Shown here: positions 9,915 through 20,705 of the stretch, in pieces | How positions within the stretch are numbered: position 1 is the first letter of the stretch | Layout of the letters: every line of letters begins with the position of its first letter | Notes under the pieces: model-generated | What the model was told of the DNA's origin: nothing | Databases searched by the model: none | What the model saw: only the letters and a program-made list of their open reading frames with translations | Origin: Clostridia bacterium | GTDB lineage: Bacteria > Bacillota > Clostridia > Oscillospirales > CAG-272 | DNA length: 64,000 bases | Direction of reading: 5' to 3' | Assembly (NCBI GenBank): GCA_017517035.1 | Contig: JAFXAN010000121.1 | Location: 17,736 to 81,735, forward strand | Translations under genes and position numbers: made by a program

Positions 9915-10538
9915 TTAAGCGTCCTGTCCTTTCATAAAATTTTGGAGAAAGCCATTTGAAGCATCATTCAGCAATTTTTTCATTTTTCGCTCCGTTGATT
10001 TACGATGTATTTTGCACAGCAAAGGAGCAAAAACAATGCCAAAGAGCCAATTATATAGTTTAATAAGTATATTATACATAATTTTAAACGGAAATGCAAT
10101 AGAAAACAGAAAAATTTTTATAATTATTTTCAAAAAAATGCAAATTATTTCTGCGCAAGCAATTACAAGCCTTCCAAATGTTAGATAATAAGAAAAAAAA
10201 CCGACAATTACCGCAAGTAATGATTGAAAACGAAATGTGCCATCATTTGTATAATATATGAATACTGTGAATATTAATCCGCAAACAGTAAAATAGATTA
10301 TATCGCCGAATATCACCATTGCCGTTAAAAATCCGGTTTTAAACTTTCCCGTCTTTTTTTCAAGCTTGCCGATCAATGGGTATTCTCTCTCATAAAGATA
10401 TGCAGCACTTCTCCCGCCATAGCTATGTCCGATAAAAGCTCTTGAAATTCTGACAGCATCATAAAGAATACCAAAGACGATGCCAAGAAAAAAGGCTAAA
10501 AGAGTCATATTGGCAAGAGAGGACATTGATGCTACCAT
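9915..10538 (-). CDS. yabQ: spore cortex biosynthesis protein YabQ-like membrane protein
   Basis: 207-aa polytopic membrane protein. Its start overlaps the yabP stop, and its position between yabP and divIC is conserved. Confidence 0.55.
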   Translation of the reverse strand: MVASMSSLANMTLLAFFLGIVFGILYDAVRISRAFIGHSYGGRSAAYLYEREYPLIGKLEKKTGKFKTGFLTAMVIFGDIIYFTVCGLIFTVFIYYTNDGTFRFQSLLAVIVGFFSYYLTFGRLVIACAEIICIFLKIIIKIFLFSIAFPFKIMYNILIKLYNWLFGIVFAPLLCKIHRKSTERKMKKLLNDASNGFLQNFMKGQDA

Positions 10539-10810
10539 TAGCCCATCAGTCTCCCAAAAAATCCTTTTTGCGGTTTTGGTGTCGAAGTATTATAATAGAT
10601 ACCGTTTATCTTCCCGGTCAGCTTTACAACTCCTTTGTCCGTATCAAGAGTGCCAACATTAAGCTCTTCACCTTCGATCAAAAGCTCTCCCATAACACTT
10701 TCGAGACAAACGCTCTCCTCATCAAAGCTTACCACCGTTTCAACGCCGCATATTTCTATATACTCACGCGATCTTATAAGTATATCATGTTTATTTGCCT
10801 GCTCGTTCAT
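10538..10810 (-). CDS. yabP: sporulation protein YabP
   Basis: Sequence HDILIRSREYIEICGVETVVSFDEE...LIEGEELNVGTLDTDKGVVKLTGKINGIYY is the YabP pattern. The ATG at 10810 follows GGAGG. Confidence 0.75.
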   Translation of the reverse strand: MNEQANKHDILIRSREYIEICGVETVVSFDEESVCLESVMGELLIEGEELNVGTLDTDKGVVKLTGKINGIYYNTSTPKPQKGFFGRLMG

Positions 10811-10894
10811 ATTTACCTCCAAAACAAAGCTCCGCATCCACCGGATGCGGAGGCTTATTATTATATATGCGAGCAAACAAAATATTATGCCTTA

Positions 10895-11134
10895 TTAGAT
10901 TATTTCGTATAGTGACGAAGCGTCCGCCTTTGCAGCGTGCTCCTTTACATCAAGTACCTTTACTCTGAGCGGCTTTTGTCCGAATGATATTTCAATTATA
11001 TCCCCAACTTTGACATCATATGAAGCCTTTGCTTTTTTTCCGTTTACGCTGACATGCTCTGTATCACAAGCATCGTTCGCAACCGTTCTTCTTTTGATTA
11101 TTCTTGAAATCTTCAAATACTTATCGAGTCTCAT
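10895..11134 (-). CDS. S4-domain RNA-binding protein (YabO/Hsp15-like)
   Basis: MRLDKYLKISRIIKRRTVA is an S4 motif. The ATG at 11134 follows GGAGGA; the upstream TTG in the ORF track is probably not the start. Confidence 0.8.
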   Translation of the reverse strand: MRLDKYLKISRIIKRRTVANDACDTEHVSVNGKKAKASYDVKVGDIIEISFGQKPLRVKVLDVKEHAAKADASSLYEII

Positions 11135-11193
11135 TTTATCCTCCAAAATAAATTTGGCAGACTTTATTCAAAGCCTGCCGAATTTATGGGTAA

Positions 11194-11466
11194 TCAGTTT
11201 ACGGAATCCTTAAGAGCCTTGCCTGCAGTGAAGGTAGGATGCTTAGAAGCGGGAATTGTGAGAGTCTCACCTGTTCTGGGGTTTCTACCCTGTCTTGCTT
11301 CTCTGCTCTTAACCTCAAATGTACCAAAGCCAATGATCTGAACCTTTTCGCCTGCCTTGAGTGCGTCTGCGATAGCGGAAGTTACTGCGTTAACAGCCTT
11401 CTCTGCTTCGTTCTTCTTGAGACCTGCTGCTGCAGCAACTGCCTCTACGAGCTGTGTCTTGTTCAT
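11194..11466 (-). CDS. hup: DNA-binding protein HU
   Basis: MNKTQLVEAVA...GFGTFEVKSREARQGRNPRTGETLTIPASKHPTFTAGKALKD is a canonical HU sequence. Confidence 0.95.
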   Translation of the reverse strand: MNKTQLVEAVAAAAGLKKNEAEKAVNAVTSAIADALKAGEKVQIIGFGTFEVKSREARQGRNPRTGETLTIPASKHPTFTAGKALKDSVN

Positions 11467-11546
11467 AGTTTTGTCCAATCCTTTCGAATTTAAATTATTT
11501 TAACAACAATCGGCAAAATTTGCCGTCGCGTTTATTGACATTTCAT

Positions 11547-11575
11547 ATTATATCATCATTTTACACTAATTTCAA
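11547..11575 (-). promoter_or_regulatory. sigma-A-type promoter candidate for hup (TTGAAA-17-TATAAT)
   Basis: Minus strand reads TTGAAA (complement of 11570-11575), a 17-nt spacer, then TATAAT (complement of 11547-11552). Confidence 0.5.
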
Positions 11576-11610
11576 GGGGTTTTTCAAATATTTTTCTATA
11601 AAAACGATAA

Positions 11611-12417
11611 TTATTTGATTTTTTTTGCTTCCCAAAGCTCGTCAAGCTCTTTTTGTGACATTTTTTCGACATTTTTGTTATTTTTTATCGCTTCATTTTC
11701 GATCATTTCGAATCTGTCAACGAATTTTTTGGTAGCATTGTTCAGTGCAAGCTCCCCATCAATGCCGCATTTCCTTGCAAAATTGGCAACGGAGAACAAA
11801 AGATCACCGATTTCCTCTTCGAGCTTTTCCTTATCTCCAAGATCCAGTATCTCGGCAATTTCGTTCTTTTCCTCCTCGATTTTCATAAAAGCCGATGCTG
11901 CATCCGGAAAGTCAAAGCAGGAAGCTCTCTTTCCTACCTTTGCAGCCTTCATAAGCGCAGGAAGAGACGGAGGCACGCTGCGAAGTCTTGATGTGACGGT
12001 TTCTCTTTGCTTTTCCTCATTTTTTATCATATCCCAGTTGGAGAGAACCTTTTCGCTGGTCTCGGCAACAACATCGCCGAAAATATGAGGATGGCGGTGG
12101 ATAAGCTTGGCGCATATCTCTGTTGTAATGTCCTCCATAAGAAATGTACCCATTTCCTCTTCGATCCTTGCATGAAAAACCACCTGCAAAAGAAGATCAC
12201 CAAGCTCCTCGCGAAGAAGGTACGGATCCTTTATATCTATGGCTTCAATGACCTCATAGGTTTCTTCAATCAAGTCTCGTCTGATGCTCTCGTGTGTCTG
12301 CTCCCTGTCCCAAGGGCAGCCGCCCTCACTGCGCAGAAGCTCCATTATCATGCAGAGATCGTCAAAATTATATTTCTTTTTCTCATTAAGATATGAGATC
12401 TTTTCACTTCTGTTCAT
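11611..12417 (-). CDS. mazG: nucleoside triphosphate pyrophosphohydrolase MazG
   Basis: Tandem MazG domains with the EETYEVIEAI and EEIGDLLF EExxE/D motifs. Confidence 0.9.
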   Translation of the reverse strand: MNRSEKISYLNEKKKYNFDDLCMIMELLRSEGGCPWDREQTHESIRRDLIEETYEVIEAIDIKDPYLLREELGDLLLQVVFHARIEEEMGTFLMEDITTEICAKLIHRHPHIFGDVVAETSEKVLSNWDMIKNEEKQRETVTSRLRSVPPSLPALMKAAKVGKRASCFDFPDAASAFMKIEEEKNEIAEILDLGDKEKLEEEIGDLLFSVANFARKCGIDGELALNNATKKFVDRFEMIENEAIKNNKNVEKMSQKELDELWEAKKIK

Positions 12418-12430
12418 TTTAAATGTCCTT

Positions 12431-14071
12431 TCAGATAAGCTTCATTCTGTGAAGCAAAGAATAAACTCGCTCGCCCTTCGGAAGCATTTTTATATCATCC
12501 TCTTCAACCGCCTTAAATATCATTGCAGCAAAAACATACAAAACTGCCGCAAGTGCTATCGAAGCAACAGTAATAAGTCTTGAAGGTCCGAGACTTTGAA
12601 TTAAAATTATATAAATTCCAAACGCTGCTCCGATAGAAATAACGGCAGACAAAAAGGGTCTGTAAAGAAGCTTGAAAATTCCGTCAAAGCTCGAAGCATA
12701 TTTTTTGATGAAATAAAAATTCAGTATCATAACGGAGGCATTGCAAAGGAAAGTGCTTATGGGTGCTCCGTAAATATTGATCTTATCAATGCCGATGAGC
12801 AGATAATCAAAGACGATCTTAACAACAGCTCCCACCGCCATTGAGATTATCGGCTTTCTTTCCTGCTTATAAGCTTGAAGAATAGCATTTGTAACCGTCA
12901 TAAGGCAAGCAAAGATCACAGAAATACCAAGTATTGAAAGCAATGGATAAGCGATCTCTATCTCCTCATTTTGTCCCGAAAAGATAAGCTGAAGTATTGG
13001 CTTTGAGAAAAGACAAATTCCCACTGAGCAAGGCATCGCAAAAAGCGAGCAGATACGAAGAGAGGAAGAAAGAACCATTGATTCCTTTTCTCTGTTTTTT
13101 GCCTCTATTGCAGCGGTAAGCATAGGAACAAGGGAGAGCGCAATTCCTGTGATTATTGCCGGCGGAAGATTGAAAATCGGTACAACAAGCGTACTATAAA
13201 CTCCATAGAAAGAATTAGCAACATTGCTTGCATAACCGATATGCTGAAGTCTGTTTGAAATCATTGCCGTATCAACAAGGCGAGCGATTCCCATAACAGA
13301 TGAACTGATAGTAATCGGAATTGCAATTTTCACAAGATTTCCGATTATTGAAGAGCTTCTGTCAGGCAAAAGTCCGCTATCCTCGGTATAAAGAGATTGC
13401 TTTCCGCTCATTTTGTAAATAAGCTTTGTAAGCACGAGATAGAGCATCGAAACTGCAACGCCTATGGTCAGACCGAGAACGGCAAATGCAGCCACCATCG
13501 GCAATGAATAACCGTTTTTCTTTGCCCAAACAGCAAGAAGAAGACCGATGAGAAGCTTACCGAGAGCTTCTATGACCTGGGACACCGCTGTCGGAGTCAT
13601 GATCTGATGTCCTTGGAAATAACCTCTGAGCGCACTTGAAATACATATAAGGAACAGAGTTGGAGCTATGGCAATAATGCAATAAGAAGCATCTTCAATG
13701 CCAATTCGGTTAGAAAACCATTCCGAGCCAAGTATCATTGCGAGCATTCCGACAGTACCGATTATAAAGAATATAATAATCGCTATACGATATATGCGCT
13801 TGATATTCCTGACATTACCACGAACTCGGTTTTCTGAAATCAGAATCGACAGTGCCACGGGAAGACCCGCAGTTGACACCATATAGAACATAGTATAGAT
13901 ATCATAAGCAGCATTAAAGAAAGCCATTCCCTCCGCTCCAAGATATGAGAGCATCGGGATCTTATAAAGCAGTCCTATGATCTTCACTATTGCTGTTGAG
14001 AGCGTCATCACAGCAACGCCCGAGAAAAACAGCTTTTTAGAATTAGTTTTTAATGACTTATCTTCGGTCAT
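12431..14071 (-). CDS. MOP-superfamily polysaccharide/lipid II flippase (SpoVB / YabM-like)
   Basis: About 14-TM protein located next to mazG, as yabM is in Bacillus. The ATG at 14071 follows GGAGG. Confidence 0.8.
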   Translation of the reverse strand: MTEDKSLKTNSKKLFFSGVAVMTLSTAIVKIIGLLYKIPMLSYLGAEGMAFFNAAYDIYTMFYMVSTAGLPVALSILISENRVRGNVRNIKRIYRIAIIIFFIIGTVGMLAMILGSEWFSNRIGIEDASYCIIAIAPTLFLICISSALRGYFQGHQIMTPTAVSQVIEALGKLLIGLLLAVWAKKNGYSLPMVAAFAVLGLTIGVAVSMLYLVLTKLIYKMSGKQSLYTEDSGLLPDRSSSIIGNLVKIAIPITISSSVMGIARLVDTAMISNRLQHIGYASNVANSFYGVYSTLVVPIFNLPPAIITGIALSLVPMLTAAIEAKNREKESMVLSSSLRICSLFAMPCSVGICLFSKPILQLIFSGQNEEIEIAYPLLSILGISVIFACLMTVTNAILQAYKQERKPIISMAVGAVVKIVFDYLLIGIDKINIYGAPISTFLCNASVMILNFYFIKKYASSFDGIFKLLYRPFLSAVISIGAAFGIYIILIQSLGPSRLITVASIALAAVLYVFAAMIFKAVEEDDIKMLPKGERVYSLLHRMKLI

Positions 14072-14093
14072 TATGACCTCCGTAATTATAAAT

Positions 14094-15593
14094 TTACTCG
14101 GCAAAAAACTCCTCGAAAGCCCGTGTTATCTCATCGTTATTATCCTCTTTAAGATATTCAAATGGATATTTGGGGCTGAAAAGGCGCTTGATGCGCGTTG
14201 TTCCCTCTCCTGCCGGCTTATATTCAACAAGCTTTGTGACCGCACCTGCACCTGCCGCAAGAATAGTATGGACCTCCTCCATCATGTAGATATTATAAAG
14301 TCCTTCGGAGCCGGGCTTTGCAAAGCCTACATTTTCAAGATTTCCCACGGTATTCTTCTGGCGATACATATAATAAGGCTTATATCCCGCCTGCATAGCA
14401 CGAAGCTGAGAATAATCAACGCATTTAACAGCGTCACCGCCTTGCCTTGAAAATATGGATGGACCTTGATTCATAAGATCTGCAGATTTCTTTACGCAGA
14501 AGGTATGTACGGTTATATTATCGGGAGAAAGATCAACGATCCTATCAAAGGATGCAGAAAAAGTCTTGAATGTATCACCGGGCAATCCCGCAATAAGATC
14601 GGTATTGATATATTTTATGCCGGACTTTCTCGCAATATCATAAGCTCTGTAAAATTCATCAGCAGTATGATTTCTTCCGACACCCGAAAGAACATTATCA
14701 CAAAGTGTCTGAGGATTTACGCTCATTCTCGTAACACCGTATTTTGCCGCAACCGCAAGCTTTTCAGCATCAATGGTGTCCGGTCTGCCTGCTTCAAGAG
14801 TGTACTCCTCAAGGGATGAAACATCAAAGCATTCAGAAATTTTAGAAAGCAGAATTTCAAGCTGATATGCATCGAGTATAGTTGGTGTTCCGCCGCCTAT
14901 ATAGATCGTCTTTACATTAAGACCGAATCTTTTTGCTCTCATGGCTGTTTTCTCAATATCATGACAAAGCCTTATAAGATATTCGGGAATAAGAGAAAGC
15001 AGTTTTTTTGAGGTATAGGAAACAAAGGAACAATATGCACATCTTGTTGGGCAGAAAGGAATGGAAATATAAACACTGCAATCCTTTTTATCTGGATTTC
15101 CGATTATTTCCCGCTCTGCAAGTGCAACGTCTGTTGCAAGAGCCGCTTTTTTGACAGTTACAAAATAATCATTACGCAGCATCTTGCGAACCTTTGTTTT
15201 ACTGTTTCCTTCAAGAAGTCTTTCCATCGCAACCTTTGAAGGGCGAACACCTATGAGCATTCCCCAAGACGGCTTATAAGAAAGCATTTCTTCACCGACA
15301 GCAAGCATTGCCGCACCGATGGCGAGCTTTGTTGCTCTGTCAAGGGTCATCCCCTCGGATATCTCTCTTTCTCTTTTGGCACTTCCCTCTTTTCCCATTG
15401 CCGAAAGAGTGCATTCTGCTTCTATTGCATTTTCTTTTCTGAACACAGAAACAGAGAGTGCAAGTCCGTCATCCTCCGCATTCTCGTTTTCGGAAAACTT
15501 CACACCGGGAAAATAGATCATGCAGAGCATCTGCACATAATATCTGTTTATTGGAACCTCACCCGAAAGAATGAGCTTCATTTTTATGACCAT
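14094..15593 (-). CDS. hemZ: HemN-like radical SAM protein (coproporphyrinogen dehydrogenase HemZ-type)
   Basis: CPTRCAYCSF is a CxxxCxxC radical-SAM cluster, and a HemN-type C-terminal region follows. The start is uncertain (15593 or 15581). Confidence 0.75.
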   Translation of the reverse strand: MVIKMKLILSGEVPINRYYVQMLCMIYFPGVKFSENENAEDDGLALSVSVFRKENAIEAECTLSAMGKEGSAKREREISEGMTLDRATKLAIGAAMLAVGEEMLSYKPSWGMLIGVRPSKVAMERLLEGNSKTKVRKMLRNDYFVTVKKAALATDVALAEREIIGNPDKKDCSVYISIPFCPTRCAYCSFVSYTSKKLLSLIPEYLIRLCHDIEKTAMRAKRFGLNVKTIYIGGGTPTILDAYQLEILLSKISECFDVSSLEEYTLEAGRPDTIDAEKLAVAAKYGVTRMSVNPQTLCDNVLSGVGRNHTADEFYRAYDIARKSGIKYINTDLIAGLPGDTFKTFSASFDRIVDLSPDNITVHTFCVKKSADLMNQGPSIFSRQGGDAVKCVDYSQLRAMQAGYKPYYMYRQKNTVGNLENVGFAKPGSEGLYNIYMMEEVHTILAAGAGAVTKLVEYKPAGEGTTRIKRLFSPKYPFEYLKEDNNDEITRAFEEFFAE

Positions 15594-15713
15594 GGCTTTC
15601 TCTCGGAAAGCCTTCCTTTCTTTGGGAATTGTGGCAGGTTTTGCTCGCAAAATCGATGGTGTTCAGCCATCGAAAGCCACAAAACCATGTCTGAAAATTT
15701 ATTTTCAGACTTC

Positions 15714-16172
15714 TCACCTACTCTTTATAAGATCCGAGGAATCCATAACAATGGTAACCGGACCGTCATTAATAATGGTAACCTCCATATCCGCACCGAA
15801 AACACCGTTTCCAACATGTGAAAGCGAGGTGCGAAGAAGGGATGAAAAATATTCATAGAGCATATTTGCCCTCTCGGGCTTTTCGGATGCAAGATAGTCG
15901 GGGCGATTTCCGCTTTTATAATTTGCAAGCAGAGTGAATTGCGAAACAACAAGTGCCTCGCCGCCTATATCCATGATGCTTTTATTCATTTTTCCGTTTT
16001 CGTCCTCAAAAATGCGAAGCTTCAGTATTTTTGCGGCAAGCGCATCCGCATCTTGCTCAGTATCGCCCACGGCAACTCCAAGAAGGATCATAAGCCCCTT
16101 TTCGCAGCTTCCCACAAGCTCACCGTCAACTTTTACCTCGCTTTTTTTGACTCTTTGAAGTACAGCTTTCAT
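15714..16172 (-). CDS. dtd: D-aminoacyl-tRNA deacylase
   Basis: MKAVLQRV...VSQFTL...GADMEV is the canonical Dtd pattern. It lies directly after relA. Confidence 0.95.
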   Translation of the reverse strand: MKAVLQRVKKSEVKVDGELVGSCEKGLMILLGVAVGDTEQDADALAAKILKLRIFEDENGKMNKSIMDIGGEALVVSQFTLLANYKSGNRPDYLASEKPERANMLYEYFSSLLRTSLSHVGNGVFGADMEVTIINDGPVTIVMDSSDLIKSR

Positions 16173-16175
16173 TTT

Positions 16176-18425
16176 TTAAGAAAATCCTCTCGTTACATCC
16201 TCGACATTTTTAAGTCCCTTAAGCCTCGAAACGATAGATTTATAATGATCAACATTTTTACAGCTTATTTTGAGGTTGATTATCACCATGTCATCGGATT
16301 TTTTCTGTGAATTTATTGAAAGTATAGAGACCTTCATTTCCGCAAGCGTCATCGAAATATCCGCAAGAATACCGATCGCATCAAGGGCAAAGATCTGAAG
16401 AAGAGCTTCATAGCTCTCGCCCTCTCTGTTGACAGCACTCTTCTCCCATTCGGCACTGAGCCATCTTTCCCTGCTTTCGGGATTATTAAGCCCTGCAATT
16501 ACATTCGGACAATCCTTTTTATGGATAGAAATACCATATCCTTTTGTGACAAATCCGATAACAGGATCACCCGGAAGCGGATTACAGCATTTTGCAAACT
16601 TGACCATGCAACCGTCTGCACCGTCAACAACGATTCCGCTGTTTGAACGAATATGCTTTGTCTTCTTTGCGATCTGAACATTTGCCAGCTCATCTACAGG
16701 AGCAGGAGCCTCGGTTTTTACGATTCTATCAAGCTCATCATGAAGCTTGAGCGTGATCTTTGAAATCGAAAGACCGCCATATCCGATGGTGTTATAAAGA
16801 TCCTCAGCTGTCTGAACGCCGATCCTTTTTGCAACATTTGTTACGATCTCAAGTCTCTGCGCATCCGTATAGCTCTTGGCAAACTTCTTAAGCTCCGCAT
16901 CAATCATTGATTGACCGACAACGATATTCTCTTCTCTCTTTTCCTTCTTGAACCACTGCCTGATCTTGTTTTTTGCTTCACCTGTTTTAACTATCTTTAA
17001 CCAATCTCGGCTTGGTCCTTTTGACGCATTTGAGGTAAGAATTTCAACAATTTCACCGTTTTGCGGTGCTTTGTCAATCGGAACTATCATTCCGTTGATC
17101 TTCGCGCCGACCATCTTGTTTCCTACAGCGGAATGGATGGCATATGCAAAGTCGATAACTGTTGACCCCTGCGGAAGCGCTATGACATCACCTTTTGGGG
17201 TAAACACAAAGGTCTCATCATGGAAAATGTCAGTTTTAAAGGCGTGCATGAACTCCTCGGGGTCGCGTGTTCCGTCCTCTGTTTCGATAAGACGGGCGAT
17301 CCATTCGAGCTTTTTATCCATATCAGCCTTTGAACGCTCTCCGGATTTATATTTCCAATGGGCGGCAACACCATATTCTGCCACATGGTGCATCTCCCAT
17401 GTTCTTATCTGCACCTCAAACGGCACACCGTCACGACCGATAACGGTCGTATGGAGCGAACGGTACATATTGGGTTTAGGAGTTGATATATAATCCTTGA
17501 AGCGTCCGGGGATCGATTTGAACATCTCGTGGATGATACCGAGAACTGTATAGCATTCAAGCTCTGTATCAACGATCACTCGGAGCGCATAAAAATCGTA
17601 TATCTCGTCAAAGCTTTTATTCTGATTATACATCTTTTTATAGATGCTGTAAACAGACTTGATTCTACCTTCAAGGGTAAAGGAAATATTATTCTCTCTG
17701 AGCTTTGAATCAACTTGATTTCTGAGATTTTCGATAAGACCAAGATTCTGACCGTATTTTTCCTCTATATGTCCCGAAACCTCTTCATATCCGAACGGGT
17801 CAAGATACTGAAGCGACATATTTTCAAGCTCATGCTTGACCTTCTGCATACCGAGTCTATGTGCAAGAGGCGCATAGACCTGCATTGTTTCAAGGGCGAT
17901 TTTTCTTCTTTTTTCATCACCTTTTGCAGAAAGAGTTCTGATATTGTGAAGTCTATCGCAAAGCTTTATGAAGATAACCCTTACATCCTTTGACATTGCA
18001 AGAAGCATTTTACGAAGGTTCTCAATGTGAGCCTCTTCCTTATCCTCGACCTGCAGCTCAACAAGCTTTGTAAGACCATCCACAAGAAGTGCCACATCAT
18101 CGCCAAACATCTTTTTGATATCAGACAGGCAGGTTTTATCAGAGCAATCTTCAACAGTATCGTGAAGAAGCGCTGCGCAGATCGCATCGGTATCAAGCTC
18201 AAGCCCCGCAACTATCTCCGCAACTGCAATAGGATGTGAGATATAGGCATCTCCGCTTTGACGGAACTGCCCTGCATGAAGCTGATTTGCATATTCAAAG
18301 GCTCTTATGATCTTTTCGGTATCATAATTTTTGCCGGTTGCGCGAAGAATCCCAAGAAGCCTGTCAACATCGGTATGTACCGCTGTTGAACTTTTCTCTA
18401 TGGAATTAACATTATCACTGTTCAT
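16176..18425 (-). CDS. relA: bifunctional (p)ppGpp synthetase/hydrolase RelA/SpoT
   Basis: 749 aa with an HD domain (HDTVED), a synthetase block (YRSLHTTV), and TGS and ACT regions. Confidence 0.95.
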   Translation of the reverse strand: MNSDNVNSIEKSSTAVHTDVDRLLGILRATGKNYDTEKIIRAFEYANQLHAGQFRQSGDAYISHPIAVAEIVAGLELDTDAICAALLHDTVEDCSDKTCLSDIKKMFGDDVALLVDGLTKLVELQVEDKEEAHIENLRKMLLAMSKDVRVIFIKLCDRLHNIRTLSAKGDEKRRKIALETMQVYAPLAHRLGMQKVKHELENMSLQYLDPFGYEEVSGHIEEKYGQNLGLIENLRNQVDSKLRENNISFTLEGRIKSVYSIYKKMYNQNKSFDEIYDFYALRVIVDTELECYTVLGIIHEMFKSIPGRFKDYISTPKPNMYRSLHTTVIGRDGVPFEVQIRTWEMHHVAEYGVAAHWKYKSGERSKADMDKKLEWIARLIETEDGTRDPEEFMHAFKTDIFHDETFVFTPKGDVIALPQGSTVIDFAYAIHSAVGNKMVGAKINGMIVPIDKAPQNGEIVEILTSNASKGPSRDWLKIVKTGEAKNKIRQWFKKEKREENIVVGQSMIDAELKKFAKSYTDAQRLEIVTNVAKRIGVQTAEDLYNTIGYGGLSISKITLKLHDELDRIVKTEAPAPVDELANVQIAKKTKHIRSNSGIVVDGADGCMVKFAKCCNPLPGDPVIGFVTKGYGISIHKKDCPNVIAGLNNPESRERWLSAEWEKSAVNREGESYEALLQIFALDAIGILADISMTLAEMKVSILSINSQKKSDDMVIINLKISCKNVDHYKSIVSRLKGLKNVEDVTRGFS

Positions 18426-18440
18426 ATATAAACCTCAAAG

Positions 18441-20654
18441 TCAAATTCGGTCACTGCACTGTGCGCGCAGCTTCTTAAGTATATATGATTTATCAAGATT
18501 GGCTTTATCTGTTTTATAGAAGATCTCGAAGCGGTAATAACCGCCGTCTATCTCCTCAATTCCGCAAACATTAAGCTCACGGAAAACAGCCATCACAAAT
18601 TTCATCTTGATATATCCTATTCCACCGTCCGTGCCATGTAGCATCGAAAGAAGAATTTTTTCGTTTATTGTATCATGTCCGAGACGGTATTCACGACGAA
18701 GCACATTATATACAAGAGCAAAATCCTCTCTTGTCGGAATAACAACATCCGCATCGTCAAAATCTCCGCCGCCTCTTATGTATTCATATCTGTACATTTC
18801 GTTTTTAAGAGCATCCTCAAAGGCAATCGATGCCCTCATATCCTTAACGATCATCTGAACACTTTTGACATTCTGATATTCATTTATATCAATATTAAAG
18901 AACACATCAACTCGGTCGCCCTCGCAAAAATCAAATCTTTGGGAAGCCATTCCGAAATACATAGCAGTGATGCTCCTATTGTCCTTTGAGAGAGTAAGCT
19001 TTGTGTGCTTACCGGCACCGATCGAAAAAATACGCTCGATCTTAACATCTCTCAAAATAAATGCAGGAATGGGATTTGCTGTTCCAAATGGTTCAAGAAG
19101 TCCTATCTGAACTGCATTTTCAAGAGTTACATCGCTCATTTCAACCTCAAGATCTGCATCAAGGCGAATATTCATCATTTCCTCGGAAATATTCTTTATT
19201 GCAAATTCATTGATCTTACGCTTGAAATCCTCAAGCTTGCCTCTCTCAACAGTCAGACCCGCCGCAAGCTCATGACCTCCGTATTTTACAAGACAATCCG
19301 AGCAATAGCTGAGAGCTTCCACAAGATTCATGCCCTTGATACTTCTTCCCGAGCCTTTTCCGATATCATCATCTCCCGGAAATCCTCTCGTTGCTCCGTC
19401 GAAGGAAACAAGGATCGAGGGAAGTCCGAATTTTTCGGTTACTCTCGATGAAACGATACCTATGATTCCCTGCTGCCAGCTATCGTCATCAAGAACGATA
19501 ACTCTGCCGTTTTCAAAATCAAACTCCTGCTCTATCTTCTTATATGCCTGCTCTGCAATTCTGTTTTCCTCAACCTGTCTTTGCTTATTGATATCGCAAA
19601 GCTCAAGGGCAAGAGCCATGGCTCTCTCCTCGGAATCCGTAAGGAAAAGCTCAACAGCCTTTGAAGCGGAGCTGATCCTTCCGGCAGCGTTGATCCTTGG
19701 TGCAATACCAAATCCTATATATGAGGAAGTTATCTTTCTCTTCTTTTGAGGTAACTTAGCGGAAGGGACAACAGGTTTTACATCTCCCGATGTATAATTT
19801 GCAGATGCCTCGATAAGAGCTGAAAGACCAAGACGCTCGGTATTTCCAATCTTTTCAAGGCCATACATAACTATAAGTCTGTTCTCATCCTTAATAGGCA
19901 TAACATCGGCAATGGTACCGATCGCCGCCAGATCGGCATATTCTCTGAAAACCTTTCTGATTCCTCCGAGTCTCTCCTCTCCTCTTTCTTCAAAAAGTCT
20001 GCCCTCAAAGGCACAAAGGAGCTTAAAAACAACTCCAACGCCCGCAAGCTCTTTAAATGGGTAAGGGCAATCTGGTCTATGAGGATTCACAACAGCCGCT
20101 GCCTTTGGAAGCACATCTCTGCATTCATGGTGATCTGTTACAACAACATCAATGCCAAGCTCCGCAGCATATTCTGTTTCCTCGCAAGCAGTGATACCCG
20201 TATCAACGGTTATGATCAGCTTAACTCCTTCTTTTGCCAGCTTATCTATCGCTCCCACAGAAACTCCATATCCCTCGCCCTCTCTGCTTGGAATATAATA
20301 GGAAACATCTGCGCCCTTATCCTTAAGGTAAAGATAAAGACTGCTGACGGAGGTCACACCGTCAACATCATAATCTCCGTATATTACGATCTTCTCATTC
20401 TCAGAAAGACCTTTTTTGATTCTTGAAACCGCCTTATCCATATCAGCCATAAGGAACGGATCATAAAGTATAGTTGTTTCATTTCCGAGAAATTTTTTGA
20501 CCATCTGCGGAGTAGTATATCCGCGGTTATAAAGGAGCTTCGCTGTAACGTGGCTGAGATTTTCCGATTCGCAAATGCTCCTTACGGCAGAATCTGCGAC
20601 CTCTGAGCCATGATAGAGCGTGTTCCAGATTTTTTCACGCTTATTATTCATCAT
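18441..20654 (-). CDS. recJ: single-stranded-DNA-specific exonuclease RecJ
   Basis: DHH motifs (GDYDVDG, DTGI, TDHH) and a DHHA1 GGHxxAAG block. Confidence 0.95.
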   Translation of the reverse strand: MMNNKREKIWNTLYHGSEVADSAVRSICESENLSHVTAKLLYNRGYTTPQMVKKFLGNETTILYDPFLMADMDKAVSRIKKGLSENEKIVIYGDYDVDGVTSVSSLYLYLKDKGADVSYYIPSREGEGYGVSVGAIDKLAKEGVKLIITVDTGITACEETEYAAELGIDVVVTDHHECRDVLPKAAAVVNPHRPDCPYPFKELAGVGVVFKLLCAFEGRLFEERGEERLGGIRKVFREYADLAAIGTIADVMPIKDENRLIVMYGLEKIGNTERLGLSALIEASANYTSGDVKPVVPSAKLPQKKRKITSSYIGFGIAPRINAAGRISSASKAVELFLTDSEERAMALALELCDINKQRQVEENRIAEQAYKKIEQEFDFENGRVIVLDDDSWQQGIIGIVSSRVTEKFGLPSILVSFDGATRGFPGDDDIGKGSGRSIKGMNLVEALSYCSDCLVKYGGHELAAGLTVERGKLEDFKRKINEFAIKNISEEMMNIRLDADLEVEMSDVTLENAVQIGLLEPFGTANPIPAFILRDVKIERIFSIGAGKHTKLTLSKDNRSITAMYFGMASQRFDFCEGDRVDVFFNIDINEYQNVKSVQMIVKDMRASIAFEDALKNEMYRYEYIRGGGDFDDADVVIPTREDFALVYNVLRREYRLGHDTINEKILLSMLHGTDGGIGYIKMKFVMAVFRELNVCGIEEIDGGYYRFEIFYKTDKANLDKSYILKKLRAQCSDRI

Positions 20655-20705
20655 TTTCCACTTTCTTCGGTAGCAAAGTCATCTGCCCCTTGAACCGACA
20701 ATTCA

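Noticed and set aside
14094-15593. HemZ-like radical SAM protein as the missing GRE activase
   Set aside because: It has a HemN-type architecture (about 500 aa with a HemN C-terminal region) and sits in the conserved dtd-relA-recJ housekeeping block about 38 kb away. PflA-type activases are about 250-320 aa, with the cluster near the N-terminus.
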